From contig OZ025710.1 of NCBI GenBank assembly GCA_964019335.1, positions 62,001 to 126,000 of the forward strand: DNA of 64,000 bases, written 5' to 3'. The notes under the pieces are model-generated. The model was not told the DNA's origin, made no database searches, and saw only the letters and a program-made list of their open reading frames with translations. How positions within the stretch are numbered: the first letter of the stretch is position 1; the number at the start of each line of letters is the position of its first letter. Below, in pieces: positions 51,001-60,277 of the stretch. The position numbers and the translations under genes are program-made. The stretch is from Diplonema japonicum (Eukaryota; Protista; Euglenozoa: Diplonemea).

Positions 51001-51956
51001 TCCGGTTGTTTCTCGACGGGCTTCTCAACAGTCTTTTCCTTCTTCTCCTGCGGGTTCTTCTTCTTTTCTTCTTCGAACGCTTCCTTCAGGGCGGCTTCCC
51101 GGAGCTCGTAGCGGTCGAGAATGTTTTTGATGAATACGAGCATTTTACCGCATTCTGATTTGGTGTCCTTTGTGGCGGAAGGGTTGCTGGCGGCAAGGCG
51201 GGTGGAGATGTATTTCTCGGTGATGAACGCTTGCTCTTCGGGAAGGGTCAGACCCGCAGGGACGGCGAGGATGGGGACTTCCTTGGGTGCGAGGGAGGTC
51301 GATTGGGGGTTCCCCTTGTCCGGTGCTTTCGAACCGTAGTTGATATTGCGGGACAGGACCGCGTCCCAGTCTTCATCAGATTCCTCCTCTTGATCTTGCA
51401 TTGAGAGGATGTATTCTAGGGCACCAGCCCGATCGGCGTCTTCCTTTTGTTTTTTTGCGGTTTGCGCGTTTGCTGTTTGCTGTGCTAAATGTTTCTGTTT
51501 CTCTTCTGTTTCCTTGTCACGTTGAGTGTTGTCTATAATGGGTTTTTTGACGTTTTTTTGAAGAGTCAGCTTTGACTCCACGTCTGTTGTTGCCACGTGG
51601 ACGGCGAACACGGAGGGGAGGGGTGTTACGTGAGAGCACAGCCAGTCAAGTGTTCGTTTGTCGATTTCCTTCTCGCAGCCCCCCTTGGCGATGCCGACGC
51701 GTAACCCGCTTTCTATGTCGCTGAGTTTGAACCCGTCCTTCAAGAGCTTTCCTACTAGTCTGCTTATCATTCTGGTGGTTCTCAGAGATGCTTTGCCGCC
51801 TTGGTTTCCAGACCCTTCGGCAATCTGTGTTGTTTGTTTATCAACGATTTCCTTCAATTTTTCCTCGGCTTCCTTCGTCACCCTCACCTCCTTCGGCTTG
51901 CTTGCCGTGGAGTACATAGACGGGTCGAGCTTCTTCACCTTTTTCTTTCCAGGCAT
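48039..51956 (-). CDS. DEAH-box RNA helicase, DHX29/DHX57-like
   Basis: Motifs GETGCGKTTQVPQ, TQPRRLAA, DEVHER, MSAT, ATNIAETSIT and QRRGRAGR, plus HA2/OB regions and N-terminal LDWLC. Likely ATG at 51956 (MPGKKK). Confidence 0.93.
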   Translation of the reverse strand: MPGKKKVKKLDPSMYSTASKPKEVRVTKEAEEKLKEIVDKQTTQIAEGSGNQGGKASLRTTRMISRLVGKLLKDGFKLSDIESGLRVGIAKGGCEKEIDKRTLDWLCSHVTPLPSVFAVHVATTDVESKLTLQKNVKKPIIDNTQRDKETEEKQKHLAQQTANAQTAKKQKEDADRAGALEYILSMQDQEEESDEDWDAVLSRNINYGSKAPDKGNPQSTSLAPKEVPILAVPAGLTLPEEQAFITEKYISTRLAASNPSATKDTKSECGKMLVFIKNILDRYELREAALKEAFEEEKKKNPQEKKEKTVEKPVEKQPESDDDEAIPFDMEEECEDMIRTKLPIITDAEMKKVLEELGFRSSQDIPMQPKTVLQKYCSKHGYRLGFKEVGSKIYSVDLTPKKGSPAIYEDEAAEASHDTVEGHNRAACHALFSISQTDTVPYFCLLPETNVEQWREYFINHQLQPSSSSTNDLPSKIAALYPAQPPPKDCLYSLHRASADSTRPVPSADTPLTHEEQRVSNEMIVERKNAKIPETIRKVREGLPAAGVREEILGHLKDRDMLVVAGETGCGKTTQVPQYILDSVIDAGEGGRSFVICTQPRRLAATSVATRVSDERGEERIGGRGSRVGYHVRFDATCHKGTRLLFCTTGILMRRLAGNKHLANVSHVIIDEVHERSLEIDFLLSQLREISFYRRSNGLLPLKVILMSATVDPGLFSTYCNSCPIVTVSGRTFPVTTHFLEDVYDMQQYELDPHSNAALKHKDHRDIIDEDWETDPLNRRYKSEKYESYSLSTRRNISYLDESQVDYDLIVSTVTYIDSECSDGAVLVFLSGFADICNVRDMLKGSKKSASWWVIPLHSTIPQEEQQQAFVTPPEGTRKIVLATNIAETSITVNDVVYVVDTGKVKQTQYDATTGLSSLKETWISKANGKQRRGRAGRVQPGTCFALYTADRHSTLDAFETPEISRVPLTEICLNSLVLYPEVSASEMLAKVIQPPPEPAVEKAVSELHEVGAMYENQLTVLGKHLAGLPVDVKIGKLLLISVVLGVVSPALTVAAVLGYKSPFMNGSSAAKKRLSEDHQSDHLAFVKVYDGWVRAKQNREGSAYCRKHMVSVSVLEMIRDLRKQLAFALSDGGLIPKNYDSTTEDAWWNGNQAKPNVLKAALCFALDPNVATVKKELQTHSIWLNKQHEVFIHQSSALSSVKVTRHPYIVYHTLINTSKAFATDCTVLPLAVLLIFSSSLDIVHRERGAWVDEWLWVPVPASFAVMASSLRTVINTFLTNMLDGAVSREATAALAPVVAFLEEN

Positions 51957-52681
51957 TTTTTTTAAAATTTTTTTTATGCTTTTTTTTTTTATATTTTGTT
52001 GGGGGGACCGACTAATAAACCAAGTGACGGAAAATAGGGTAGAAACGGGTGGGAAAAATATTTTTTTTCTCTTTTTTTTAGAAAAAAAGTGGAATGAACA
52101 GTTTACAAATGTGTTGAAATGGTAGAACCTTAAAAGAGAAAAAAAAAAAAAAAAAAAAGAAAGAAAGAGGGTATGCATTCGTAGAGTTATCGTGAAGTGG
52201 GAGGATATTAAGAAAGACCCCCCTTTTTTTGTCCTCCCCCACTCTGTTCCTCTTCTTCTTCACTTGTGATGAGAATTCCCTTCAAGATACCTTACACGTT
52301 GTTTCTTCTTTTTTTTTTTCTTCTTCCTGGCAGGAATAGAAAAGAAAATCCAACCTCTTCTTTTCTCTATTTTCTTTCAGGTACCATCAAAGGTTACTTT
52401 TGACTCCTCAAAGGGGGAAAAATAAAAAAGGTTAGATAAAAAAAAAAACAAAGGTACAAAAAAAAGGGGGGGGCCTTAACTGCTAATGAAAGGTGAAAAA
52501 AAAAAAAGAAGCAGAGCCCTTTAGGCTTTAGAGATATTATCTCCTAGGAAGAAAGAACTTGTATAAAGTAACGGCGGCGGGCGGGGAGTTTTCTTTTTTC
52601 TTCTTTTTTTTTTTTTCTCTTCTTCCTCCCTACAACAGCACACGACAAAAAAAAAATCACACAAAAAAAAAAAAAAAAATC

Positions 52682-54013
52682 TCACGCCAGAACACAGCAC
52701 TGCCCGTCTTGTTCGACCCGCAGCTCTATCACAGTGTCCTTCTTCCTCACTAGGGGAAACACATTCACGGTGTCGGACAAGGGAACGCCGTCATGGTAAA
52801 GAGCAAGATGATTGACATTGGCGTCTTGGGGTGCTGCCTTGCGCTTCACGGTACCTGCGAGAGTGGTGGAGTCAACGGGTACAAGACGGAGATCTCCGGC
52901 AGGCCTGCGAACGCAGACAGCAGGCTCCTCCACAGTTATCTCTTCAAGCTCTAAACGCTTCTTCTGAGCGGTGTCGTGAATCGAGTTCCAGATTTCTCGA
53001 ACTTCGTCATCCTCACTGCCGGCATCGGAGATCGCGTCGTCGCTGCGGCTTGTCATGAAGTCCTCCCCTGCTTGGATCGTGATCTCAACAGGAAGAACCT
53101 TCGCACATGAGATAACACTTGCCACCCCTGCGATCATAGCCCAGTTGTAAGGGCTGTAAACAGGCGGGATAAGGTTGAAAAACGACTTGTACCCTGGCTT
53201 GCTTACGCAGTTCATTGTGTTGCACACTGGAAGGTTGCCGCCATACTCCTCTTCAAACCAGTCGGGGTCTATACCTTCGTCTTTGAAGTACTGCTGTCTA
53301 GCAAGGTGAGTGGTGTGGTTGACCCAGTACACCTTCGAAGTGGTGACCACGTCGAGAAATGGTTTCAACGCCATCCAGAAAAACTTAAAGACGCCCGGGT
53401 AGTTCAGCAGGTATGCTTTGTGAAGCCTCTCCGGACAGTGGTTGGCAAGGATGTGGGTCCATTGCTTTGAAACCTGCATGTCGCGTGATGAATTCTGCAT
53501 GGTGAAACCTTTCAAATCGACGATGTATGTGAGCCGTTCAACGCCTTTGAAAAAATGCGAGTGCCGTTCCATCATTCGAGTTGATTCTTCAATGTTGTGG
53601 ATGACGAAGTCCAACTTCTCTTGTGCAGTGCCTGGAGGGTCTCTGGTCACGCGGAGGTACATCAGTACATGGCCGACGGAGTCGAAGCCCCACACGATGT
53701 TGGCAAGACTATCGGCTTGACCTTTGACCTTTTCGTAATTTATAAGGTTTGGTTTTGCCTCTCTTCTCCATTTCACGGTGGCGTCGAGCATCGTGGCGGC
53801 TTTTGAAGCGTCCCACGACCTCGCCCTGAGGTATCTGCACAGAGTGCCTTCGTTGCACCATTCCCTCATTTCGTTGTCCAAGCCCCATGTTTCTACTGTT
53901 TTGTGCAGCTCGTCGTAAGCTGCCTTTTCACTGTCATTCAGACCGCTGCGGACCTGACCATCAACCAGACCCTTGCTTGCATATGGTTGGTGGAATTTAG
54001 TTGTATCCGTCAT
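52682..54013 (-). CDS. CRAL-TRIO/Sec14 lipid-binding protein with C-terminal CaaX-like end
   Basis: LCRYLRARSWD, NHCPERLHKAYLLNYP, KPFLD..T.SKV and EEEYGG; ends in CCVLA. Confidence 0.9.
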   Translation of the reverse strand: MTDTTKFHQPYASKGLVDGQVRSGLNDSEKAAYDELHKTVETWGLDNEMREWCNEGTLCRYLRARSWDASKAATMLDATVKWRREAKPNLINYEKVKGQADSLANIVWGFDSVGHVLMYLRVTRDPPGTAQEKLDFVIHNIEESTRMMERHSHFFKGVERLTYIVDLKGFTMQNSSRDMQVSKQWTHILANHCPERLHKAYLLNYPGVFKFFWMALKPFLDVVTTSKVYWVNHTTHLARQQYFKDEGIDPDWFEEEYGGNLPVCNTMNCVSKPGYKSFFNLIPPVYSPYNWAMIAGVASVISCAKVLPVEITIQAGEDFMTSRSDDAISDAGSEDDEVREIWNSIHDTAQKKRLELEEITVEEPAVCVRRPAGDLRLVPVDSTTLAGTVKRKAAPQDANVNHLALYHDGVPLSDTVNVFPLVRKKDTVIELRVEQDGQCCVLA

Positions 54014-54196
54014 CTCATGTGTATGGTCGCCCTTCCCCCTCCTTCCTGTTGTCGTTTCAGATTTCTTTTTTTTTTTTTTTTTTTTGCTTGGAAAAAAAAA
54101 GAAAGAAATGTAGGGTTATAAAGAAAAAAAGGCGGGGGGGAGGGGGAGGGGGAGGCTGTTAGTTTTTTTTTTTTTTTTTATGTTTGTTCTTTTTCT

Positions 54197-55054
54197 TTAG
54201 CGTTTTGTGATCAAACAGACAAAATGGTGACAGTCGACAGACTTGTACGGAGATTTGAATTTTGAATCGACCTCTTCAGCACCGGTCTTTACCGACTTGA
54301 CCCTGGTGTGGACCTGCCGGTAGATCGCCGTCATGTAGTTTATGAAGGTCCCCTCGTTGCCCCATTTACCGTTCCAAAAAGAGGTTTGGACATCCTCCAC
54401 GGAATAAACCCCACCGGGAGTGATGTAAGGGAAGAGGTTCCCGAATGTAGTGATCTGGTGCTCGGGGATGTGTGATCCGTCATCGATGATAATGTCCCAG
54501 GGACCGTGTTTTTCACCAAGTTCCTTTAAAAAGGTCACATTAGACTGATCGCCTATGTGCAGTTTGAAGCCGCCTCTTGGCTCGTAGTCCTTCCTGTGTT
54601 TGTTCTTCAGGTACGCATCACCGCATGCGCCGTCCAGTTCCATGACATGGAGCTCGGATTCTTTGAAGTATTCGCCCCAAAGTTGGATACCAAGCCCGAC
54701 GTCGGCGAGGCCCAGGCACCCTAAGCCGATCTCAAGGATCTTTACCTTGTTCTCCCGTATCCTCTCGAAGTGGAACCTGTAGGCTTGGTCGTAGCGGTGA
54801 ACTGTGACCTTGTCGGACTTGATGCTGGTGCCTATTTCGTGTAGTGTGCGTGATGTACGTAGATTCGACGCAATCAGGATCTCCGGTGTCGGGACAGGCA
54901 TGGCGTGCTCCACCGACCGCAGTGTCCCCTCCATAGGGATGGCCGCCGGCCTCGTGTCGCGGCACACCTGCCGTTTGTCCGCAAACTGTACCCCGCTCAT
55001 GAACGCAAACACCATCAGGAACACTGTGATCACATAATGTTTAGCGTCCGCCAT
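54197..55054 (-). CDS. Class I SAM-dependent O-methyltransferase (MycE/TylE-like core) with N-terminal signal anchor
   Basis: HRYDQAY, ILEIGLG, IGDQS, DIIIDDGSH and PGGVYSVEDVQTSFW; hydrophobic YVITVFLMVFAFMSGV after ATG 55054. Confidence 0.85.
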   Translation of the reverse strand: MADAKHYVITVFLMVFAFMSGVQFADKRQVCRDTRPAAIPMEGTLRSVEHAMPVPTPEILIASNLRTSRTLHEIGTSIKSDKVTVHRYDQAYRFHFERIRENKVKILEIGLGCLGLADVGLGIQLWGEYFKESELHVMELDGACGDAYLKNKHRKDYEPRGGFKLHIGDQSNVTFLKELGEKHGPWDIIIDDGSHIPEHQITTFGNLFPYITPGGVYSVEDVQTSFWNGKWGNEGTFINYMTAIYRQVHTRVKSVKTGAEEVDSKFKSPYKSVDCHHFVCLITKR

Positions 55055-55188
55055 GGTTTCTTCTTTTTTTTTTTTTTTCCTTTTCTTCTCCCTCCTCCCT
55101 CTCCCTCCACCTCTGCCACACCTTTTTTTCTTTTTCTTCTTTTTGGACAGAAACACAAAAAGAAAAAAAAAAGAAAAGGAAGGGTAAA

Positions 55189-56541
55189 TTAGTAAACCCC
55201 CAAAGCCAGGGCTTTCCAGTCTAGCTTTAAAGGACACGTTGCCGCTTCGGCAAGGAGCAGGAACGAGCGGTGTTTAACTGGGGGGGTGGTAGTGTTCGCG
55301 ACGCGTCTGGGTTTCCCCAAGGCGGTGCTGTGCTTGTGGACGACGAGTGAAGCAAGCGCCACACGTGCGGCATGAAGGAGAGGAGCGTCTTCGGGGAGGG
55401 ACGGCGAGAACGCCTCAAGACAAGCAGAGATGTAAGGCACCAAGTGCCGCGAGAGCCGAAGCTTGACCATGTCATCCGGCGCAGCCTTCGCAATGGAAAC
55501 ACACAAATGACACGCGACCGTCAGCAGCTGCTCCTCACAGGAGTGCGACATGATCTTCTTCACACAGACAGCCATCTCATCTATTCTGGACGGATAGAAC
55601 CCGACCTGCGGCGCCAACACCAGCAAAAGACATTTCGACAAGTCGGTGTTGTTCGCATGAGTATCGCCCGCAACCAGGACATGCTGGATCAAGGTGGTCT
55701 TCCGGACCTCTTCACGAAGCGCGTCGAATCTCTGGACACGAAGCAGCATCTTGGACACTGTCCACACCACCTCTGTGTTCTCCACATGGTTCTTCAATGC
55801 TTCTGCGAAGTAGTCCAGCACAACACCTTCATGGACCATCCACAAGGCAGCCTCGTCAGTTGTGGCGGTGACTTCCCGAAGACAGTTCAGAGCGTGGACG
55901 ACAAGCCGGCTGCACTCTGCGTGTTTTTCCAAAGCTGTTAGAACCTGCCCTATCATCCCGTATTGGAGGAACCTCTTAAGGTATAGTTTGTGTTGAACTA
56001 GTGCGCGGGCGATGGAACAACCGTGCATTTGAAGGTCTGTCTTCAAGGGGTATCCTGACATGGCAGCGACGACCAACAACGTTCCTCCACCTGCGTAGCC
56101 CGATTCCTCCTCTAATTGTTTCAGCAGTTCTGTTTCGTGTTCGTAAAAGCTGTCCGCGTTCTCGTCGGCGGTGAGCAGCCGCGACAGGGCCTCCATGCAT
56201 ATTTGCACAATAGCTGATCTCTTCCCCATCCATCTTTGCATCGCTCGGAGGAGGATTTCCACACCGTCAGCTGTTCCAATCGTTTTTCTGTTCGTGGCCT
56301 CCAAGGCCAGCCATGAAGTTTCTTCGCAGCCCTTTGCCGCCTTTATAGGGTCGTGGCTTGATGCTCGGTTCAAAGATTTCTTTATGGTATGCGTGTCGGC
56401 GAACTTGAAGGCTCCCTTCGTCATGTCGAAGCAAACGGTGCTCGCGTCCGTCTGCGTCCCCCCGCTTTGCGACGCGAAGTCGTCCCTTAGCTCCATGAAC
56501 CTCGCCACGTCTTGGTGGGCATTTCCAGACAGGGATTCCAT
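55189..56541 (-). CDS. ARM/HEAT-like helical repeat protein
   Basis: Repeated units such as GVEILLRAM...VQICMEAL and LVVAAM...DLQMHGC. Confidence 0.75.
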   Translation of the reverse strand: MESLSGNAHQDVARFMELRDDFASQSGGTQTDASTVCFDMTKGAFKFADTHTIKKSLNRASSHDPIKAAKGCEETSWLALEATNRKTIGTADGVEILLRAMQRWMGKRSAIVQICMEALSRLLTADENADSFYEHETELLKQLEEESGYAGGGTLLVVAAMSGYPLKTDLQMHGCSIARALVQHKLYLKRFLQYGMIGQVLTALEKHAECSRLVVHALNCLREVTATTDEAALWMVHEGVVLDYFAEALKNHVENTEVVWTVSKMLLRVQRFDALREEVRKTTLIQHVLVAGDTHANNTDLSKCLLLVLAPQVGFYPSRIDEMAVCVKKIMSHSCEEQLLTVACHLCVSIAKAAPDDMVKLRLSRHLVPYISACLEAFSPSLPEDAPLLHAARVALASLVVHKHSTALGKPRRVANTTTPPVKHRSFLLLAEAATCPLKLDWKALALGVY

Positions 56542-57427
56542 GTTGTTTGTTGTGACCTCCTATTGATAATATGAGGTTTTGCATAATATTTTTGAAGAGA
56601 AGAAATGAAGGGGATGTATAACCCACGTAATTTGGTTTTTTTTTTTTCAGGAAACAGTGGAGACGGGGGAGAGGGTGGGAGAAAAAAAAAAAAAAAGAAG
56701 TTGGGTCCTCCTTTTTTTTTTTTTTGGTTCCTTTTTCCGGTCGACGTCCGGCAGCGACTTTTTCTCTCTATCTGGTACTTTAACAAGAAGTCCAGCAAGG
56801 GAAAAAAAAAAAAAAAAAAAAAAAAAAAGACGAACAGCAACCCTCTGTATTTTTCTTTTTTTTTTTTTTTCAAATTGTCGTTGGGCGTTCAAAAGGTCAC
56901 AACCCCCCACCGCCCGCCAAAAAAAAAAAAAAAAAAAAAAAAGGTAATAACGAAACGAATAGATGAGAGAAAGAAGAAGGAAAAAAAAAAGAATATATGA
57001 GTTAAAGGAGGCCGGTGTTGGCGCCCTGCACAAGAACTGTCTACTTGATTACAGGGGGTGCACCGCGGCCGAGTTGTAGCTTCTTCTGCGTTCCGCGTCG
57101 TGTCCTTAATGCGTGCGGTGTACAGCTCAACCCCAGCCGGGGCGTCCCGGATACCAAGATTCTGCGCTCGTGCAGTTTGCTGCCTGTTCGTCACCCTGAG
57201 CATCTGCATTATGTTCTTCCACTCGGGCGCTACCGGTGATGACCGACGAGGAGGTCAACAGCGAACAACACATCTGATATTTTCCTTATATTTCCATGTT
57301 ATCCGCACCACCTTTGTTTTTTAAAGAACAAAACAAACTAAGGTTTCACGCAACACGCTTTTTTCGTTTTTTTTTTTTTTTTTTTTTTTTAAATCCTCTC
57401 CCCCCTCCACCACAGCTTATGCTTTGG

Positions 57428-58540
57428 CTAAGGAAGAATAGGCCTCCCAGAAGGTTCCTGGATCCACCCTGGCGTCGGAGGTTCGTTGTACGAACTGTTC
57501 TCCACCCATGTGGTGCTCCACTCGTACCACCCACTGGAGTACAGCCCAGCAGGCTTTCCGAGAAGCGCGGCAAACAACAACGCAAGCGACGCACGGTACC
57601 CGTTCCCGCAGTAAAAGTACAGAGGCCGGGAGAGGGGGACACTCTTGTTCTCCCACCGAGACATTACAACGTCAGGGAAGAGAAGCCCTGTAGATGTAGT
57701 GTATTCCCCTTGAACAGCATCCCCCCCCCATGTGGAATGAGGTATCCTCCCTACAGCAGTGAGATTGGGATAACCACTAGTGACACCTTCAAACTCATCT
57801 TCTGTTCGAACATCAATTAACGACACTGCTGTTGTGTCCGTGTACCACCGGAGAACATCGTCAAGGGTGAGGAGAATGTTGTCGTTGAAGAAAGGCGTGA
57901 AGTCCGGGTTGGGTTCGGGAGAGTACGGTGTGGTCTCCACAGGGAAGCCCTTGTCCACCCAGATTGAAAACGAACCGTTCATGACCCTGACGTCCTCTAC
58001 ACCAAGATACGTTAAAACAAACCACAAACGGGATGAAAAAATAGCATCGTCGCTGTACACAACGTACGTGCAGTCCTTTGTCTGCAGACCCATCGCAGCA
58101 CCTCTTTTACGAAGCTCGTCTTTTGAAACAAGAAAATAATTGGGGTAACCGGTTTCGTACTGATTGCTGTCGCTGTGTATTGAATGCGGGATATGCCCAG
58201 TGGAGTACGCTGTGTCGTGCCATTGCGTTTCGTATATTATGATTTTTCGAGATTTTTCGTATGGGAAGTCGGTCGGGGGCGGGGCTTGTCCATGTTTCCA
58301 GTTGACTAGTTCGTGGACCCAATCCACGGATACTATTTGAGGGGTTTTTATTGTGTCGCTTTTAGGAGTGGTTTTCTTATCTTCGTTTGTGTGGACCACC
58401 ACTATGGTTAGCACCGTTGATGCCACTAGCAGCATGACCAATGCTGCGATCGTCTTCCTCTTCCTCCACTTCCTTACTTCGGGTGAGGTGCTGTGGGGTG
58501 TTATGAGTCTCGCCTTTTCATTGCAAGCATTTTTGAGCAT
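57428..58540 (-). CDS. Tandem-domain rhodanese/sulfurtransferase (YnjE-like) with N-terminal TM anchor
   Basis: YSTGHIPHS, LGVEDVRVMNGSF..W, LIDVRTEDEF.G..SGY, active loop FYCGNGYRAS and GWYEWS; ATG at 58540. Confidence 0.88.
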   Translation of the reverse strand: MLKNACNEKARLITPHSTSPEVRKWRKRKTIAALVMLLVASTVLTIVVVHTNEDKKTTPKSDTIKTPQIVSVDWVHELVNWKHGQAPPPTDFPYEKSRKIIIYETQWHDTAYSTGHIPHSIHSDSNQYETGYPNYFLVSKDELRKRGAAMGLQTKDCTYVVYSDDAIFSSRLWFVLTYLGVEDVRVMNGSFSIWVDKGFPVETTPYSPEPNPDFTPFFNDNILLTLDDVLRWYTDTTAVSLIDVRTEDEFEGVTSGYPNLTAVGRIPHSTWGGDAVQGEYTTSTGLLFPDVVMSRWENKSVPLSRPLYFYCGNGYRASLALLFAALLGKPAGLYSSGWYEWSTTWVENSSYNEPPTPGWIQEPSGRPILP

Positions 58541-58934
58541 TTTTTCCCCTCCCCCCCTATGGGTGGATGGGTTGGGTGAAAAGAATGAAGGGGGGGAAAG
58601 AAAAAAAAAGGGCAAAAATTGTATTCGACATATATGTAATCATCTGCACACCTCTTTATTTTTCTTTATTTATTTGAAGGTGGGGGGGTGGGCGGCAATT
58701 CAACTAACTGCGGTTGCCAAACAAAAATGTGTGGTTTTAGGAGATATCAATGGAAAAAAAAGAAGAAGAAAGAGGTGTGCAAGATCGGGAGGGGGGGTTA
58801 TTCTCTTTTTTTGTTCTTTCTTTCTTTTTTCGCGTAATTCATAGTCTCCATCTGCCAAAAGAAAATGTTTTTTCTCGTTTTTTTTCGGGGGGAGGGGGCA
58901 TTCCGGACCACTCGTAAGATCAAACCACTAGCTT

Positions 58935-58980
<46 letters not shown>

Positions 58981-60277
58981 CCGAGAAAATAGCAAGAATT
59001 GGTGAATCCTTATATTTATATGTTTCTCTTTTATTCATACCCACATGTAGCCGGAAAAAAAAAAAGAAAAAAAAAAACCACCGGACATCAGTCCTTCCTT
59101 GCCTCCTGTTAGCTAGTCCGATAAGCACCTTACTAGAGCATAAATGCTATTAGAAACCTTTAGGGAAGAAAAAAAAAGGGGGGAACATAGTCACCCTCCC
59201 CCCCCTGTTTCTGTCGCAACTTTCATATATCCGCTTCTCTTTTTTCCTTCTTTTCCTTCTTTCATTTTCCTATACTTCTCTCTCCCCCCCCCTTTTTTTT
59301 TTTTTTCTCTTTTTTTACAGTACTATTTCCCATTTTTTTCCTGCCTTTTTTTTTTCTTTTGGTACAAAAAAAAAAGAAGGGGGGAGGAAGAAAAAAATGA
59401 TTTTTTTTCCCCCTCCATTCTCTTTCGCCTCCTATTTTCCATCTCCCGCATCTTTATCAAAAAAAAAAAAAAAAAAAAAAGCAATCACTCCAATATTGCA
59501 CATGGAAAAAGACAAATAAGGAAATTAGAAGAGAGGGAGGGAATCACAATTGACATGGAAAATGATGTGGCCGAGCGACCGCGGTGCGCGCTCACTTTTT
59601 TTTAAAAAAAAAGAAGATCGGAGTGTGACGGAAAAGAGAAAAAAAATGAGAATAGGAAGAAAGAACAAGAAGGGGTATAATAAGAGAGAACGGGGGAAAG
59701 GTAACATGCCACATGCTAAGCATTCAAAAAAAATTGTTTTGTTTTAAACTACAGACGTACGAACTCTCCTTCTTTTTTTTTTATTCTTTTTCCTTTTCTT
59801 TTTTTTAACTTTACTCGCTTAATTGCTATTTTTACGTTTCTCGGCCCTCTTAATGATTTAATGTTCCGTCCATTTGCCCCCTCCCCCTACCAAACGGGCT
59901 TTTTTTTTTCCAAGGGGAAAAATGCCTACCCATAAAAATCCCGAAAACTACTCCGGGCACCTTGCCACGAGTGTAAGGGGCGATTATAAAAAGAATTTTT
60001 TTTTTTTTACAAAATTCCTCGAAATATACTAGGACGTTATTTATTATATTATTTTTTTTTTCTTCTTCTTTGTGGTGTGTGTCTGTGGCAGAAAAGGAAA
60101 GTGAAATTGTTACACGCGGAAAAAAAAAACACACTTTCTGATGGAGGAAGAAGCTTCTAAAAGCACTCCCACGTTCGGATAATACGCCACTTCCCACTTT
60201 ATTTATTTTATTTAATTTTTTTTTTTAAAAACTGTTTTTTTTTTTTTTTTTTTCAAAATATAAAAAGCCCCTTCTCA

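Noticed and set aside
17390-58615. ORF-track N-terminal extensions of GET3, the DHX helicase, the methyltransferase and the rhodanese
   Set aside because: They run through poly(T)/poly(A) spacer; downstream ATGs at 18256, 51956, 55054 and 58540 fit the domain starts.
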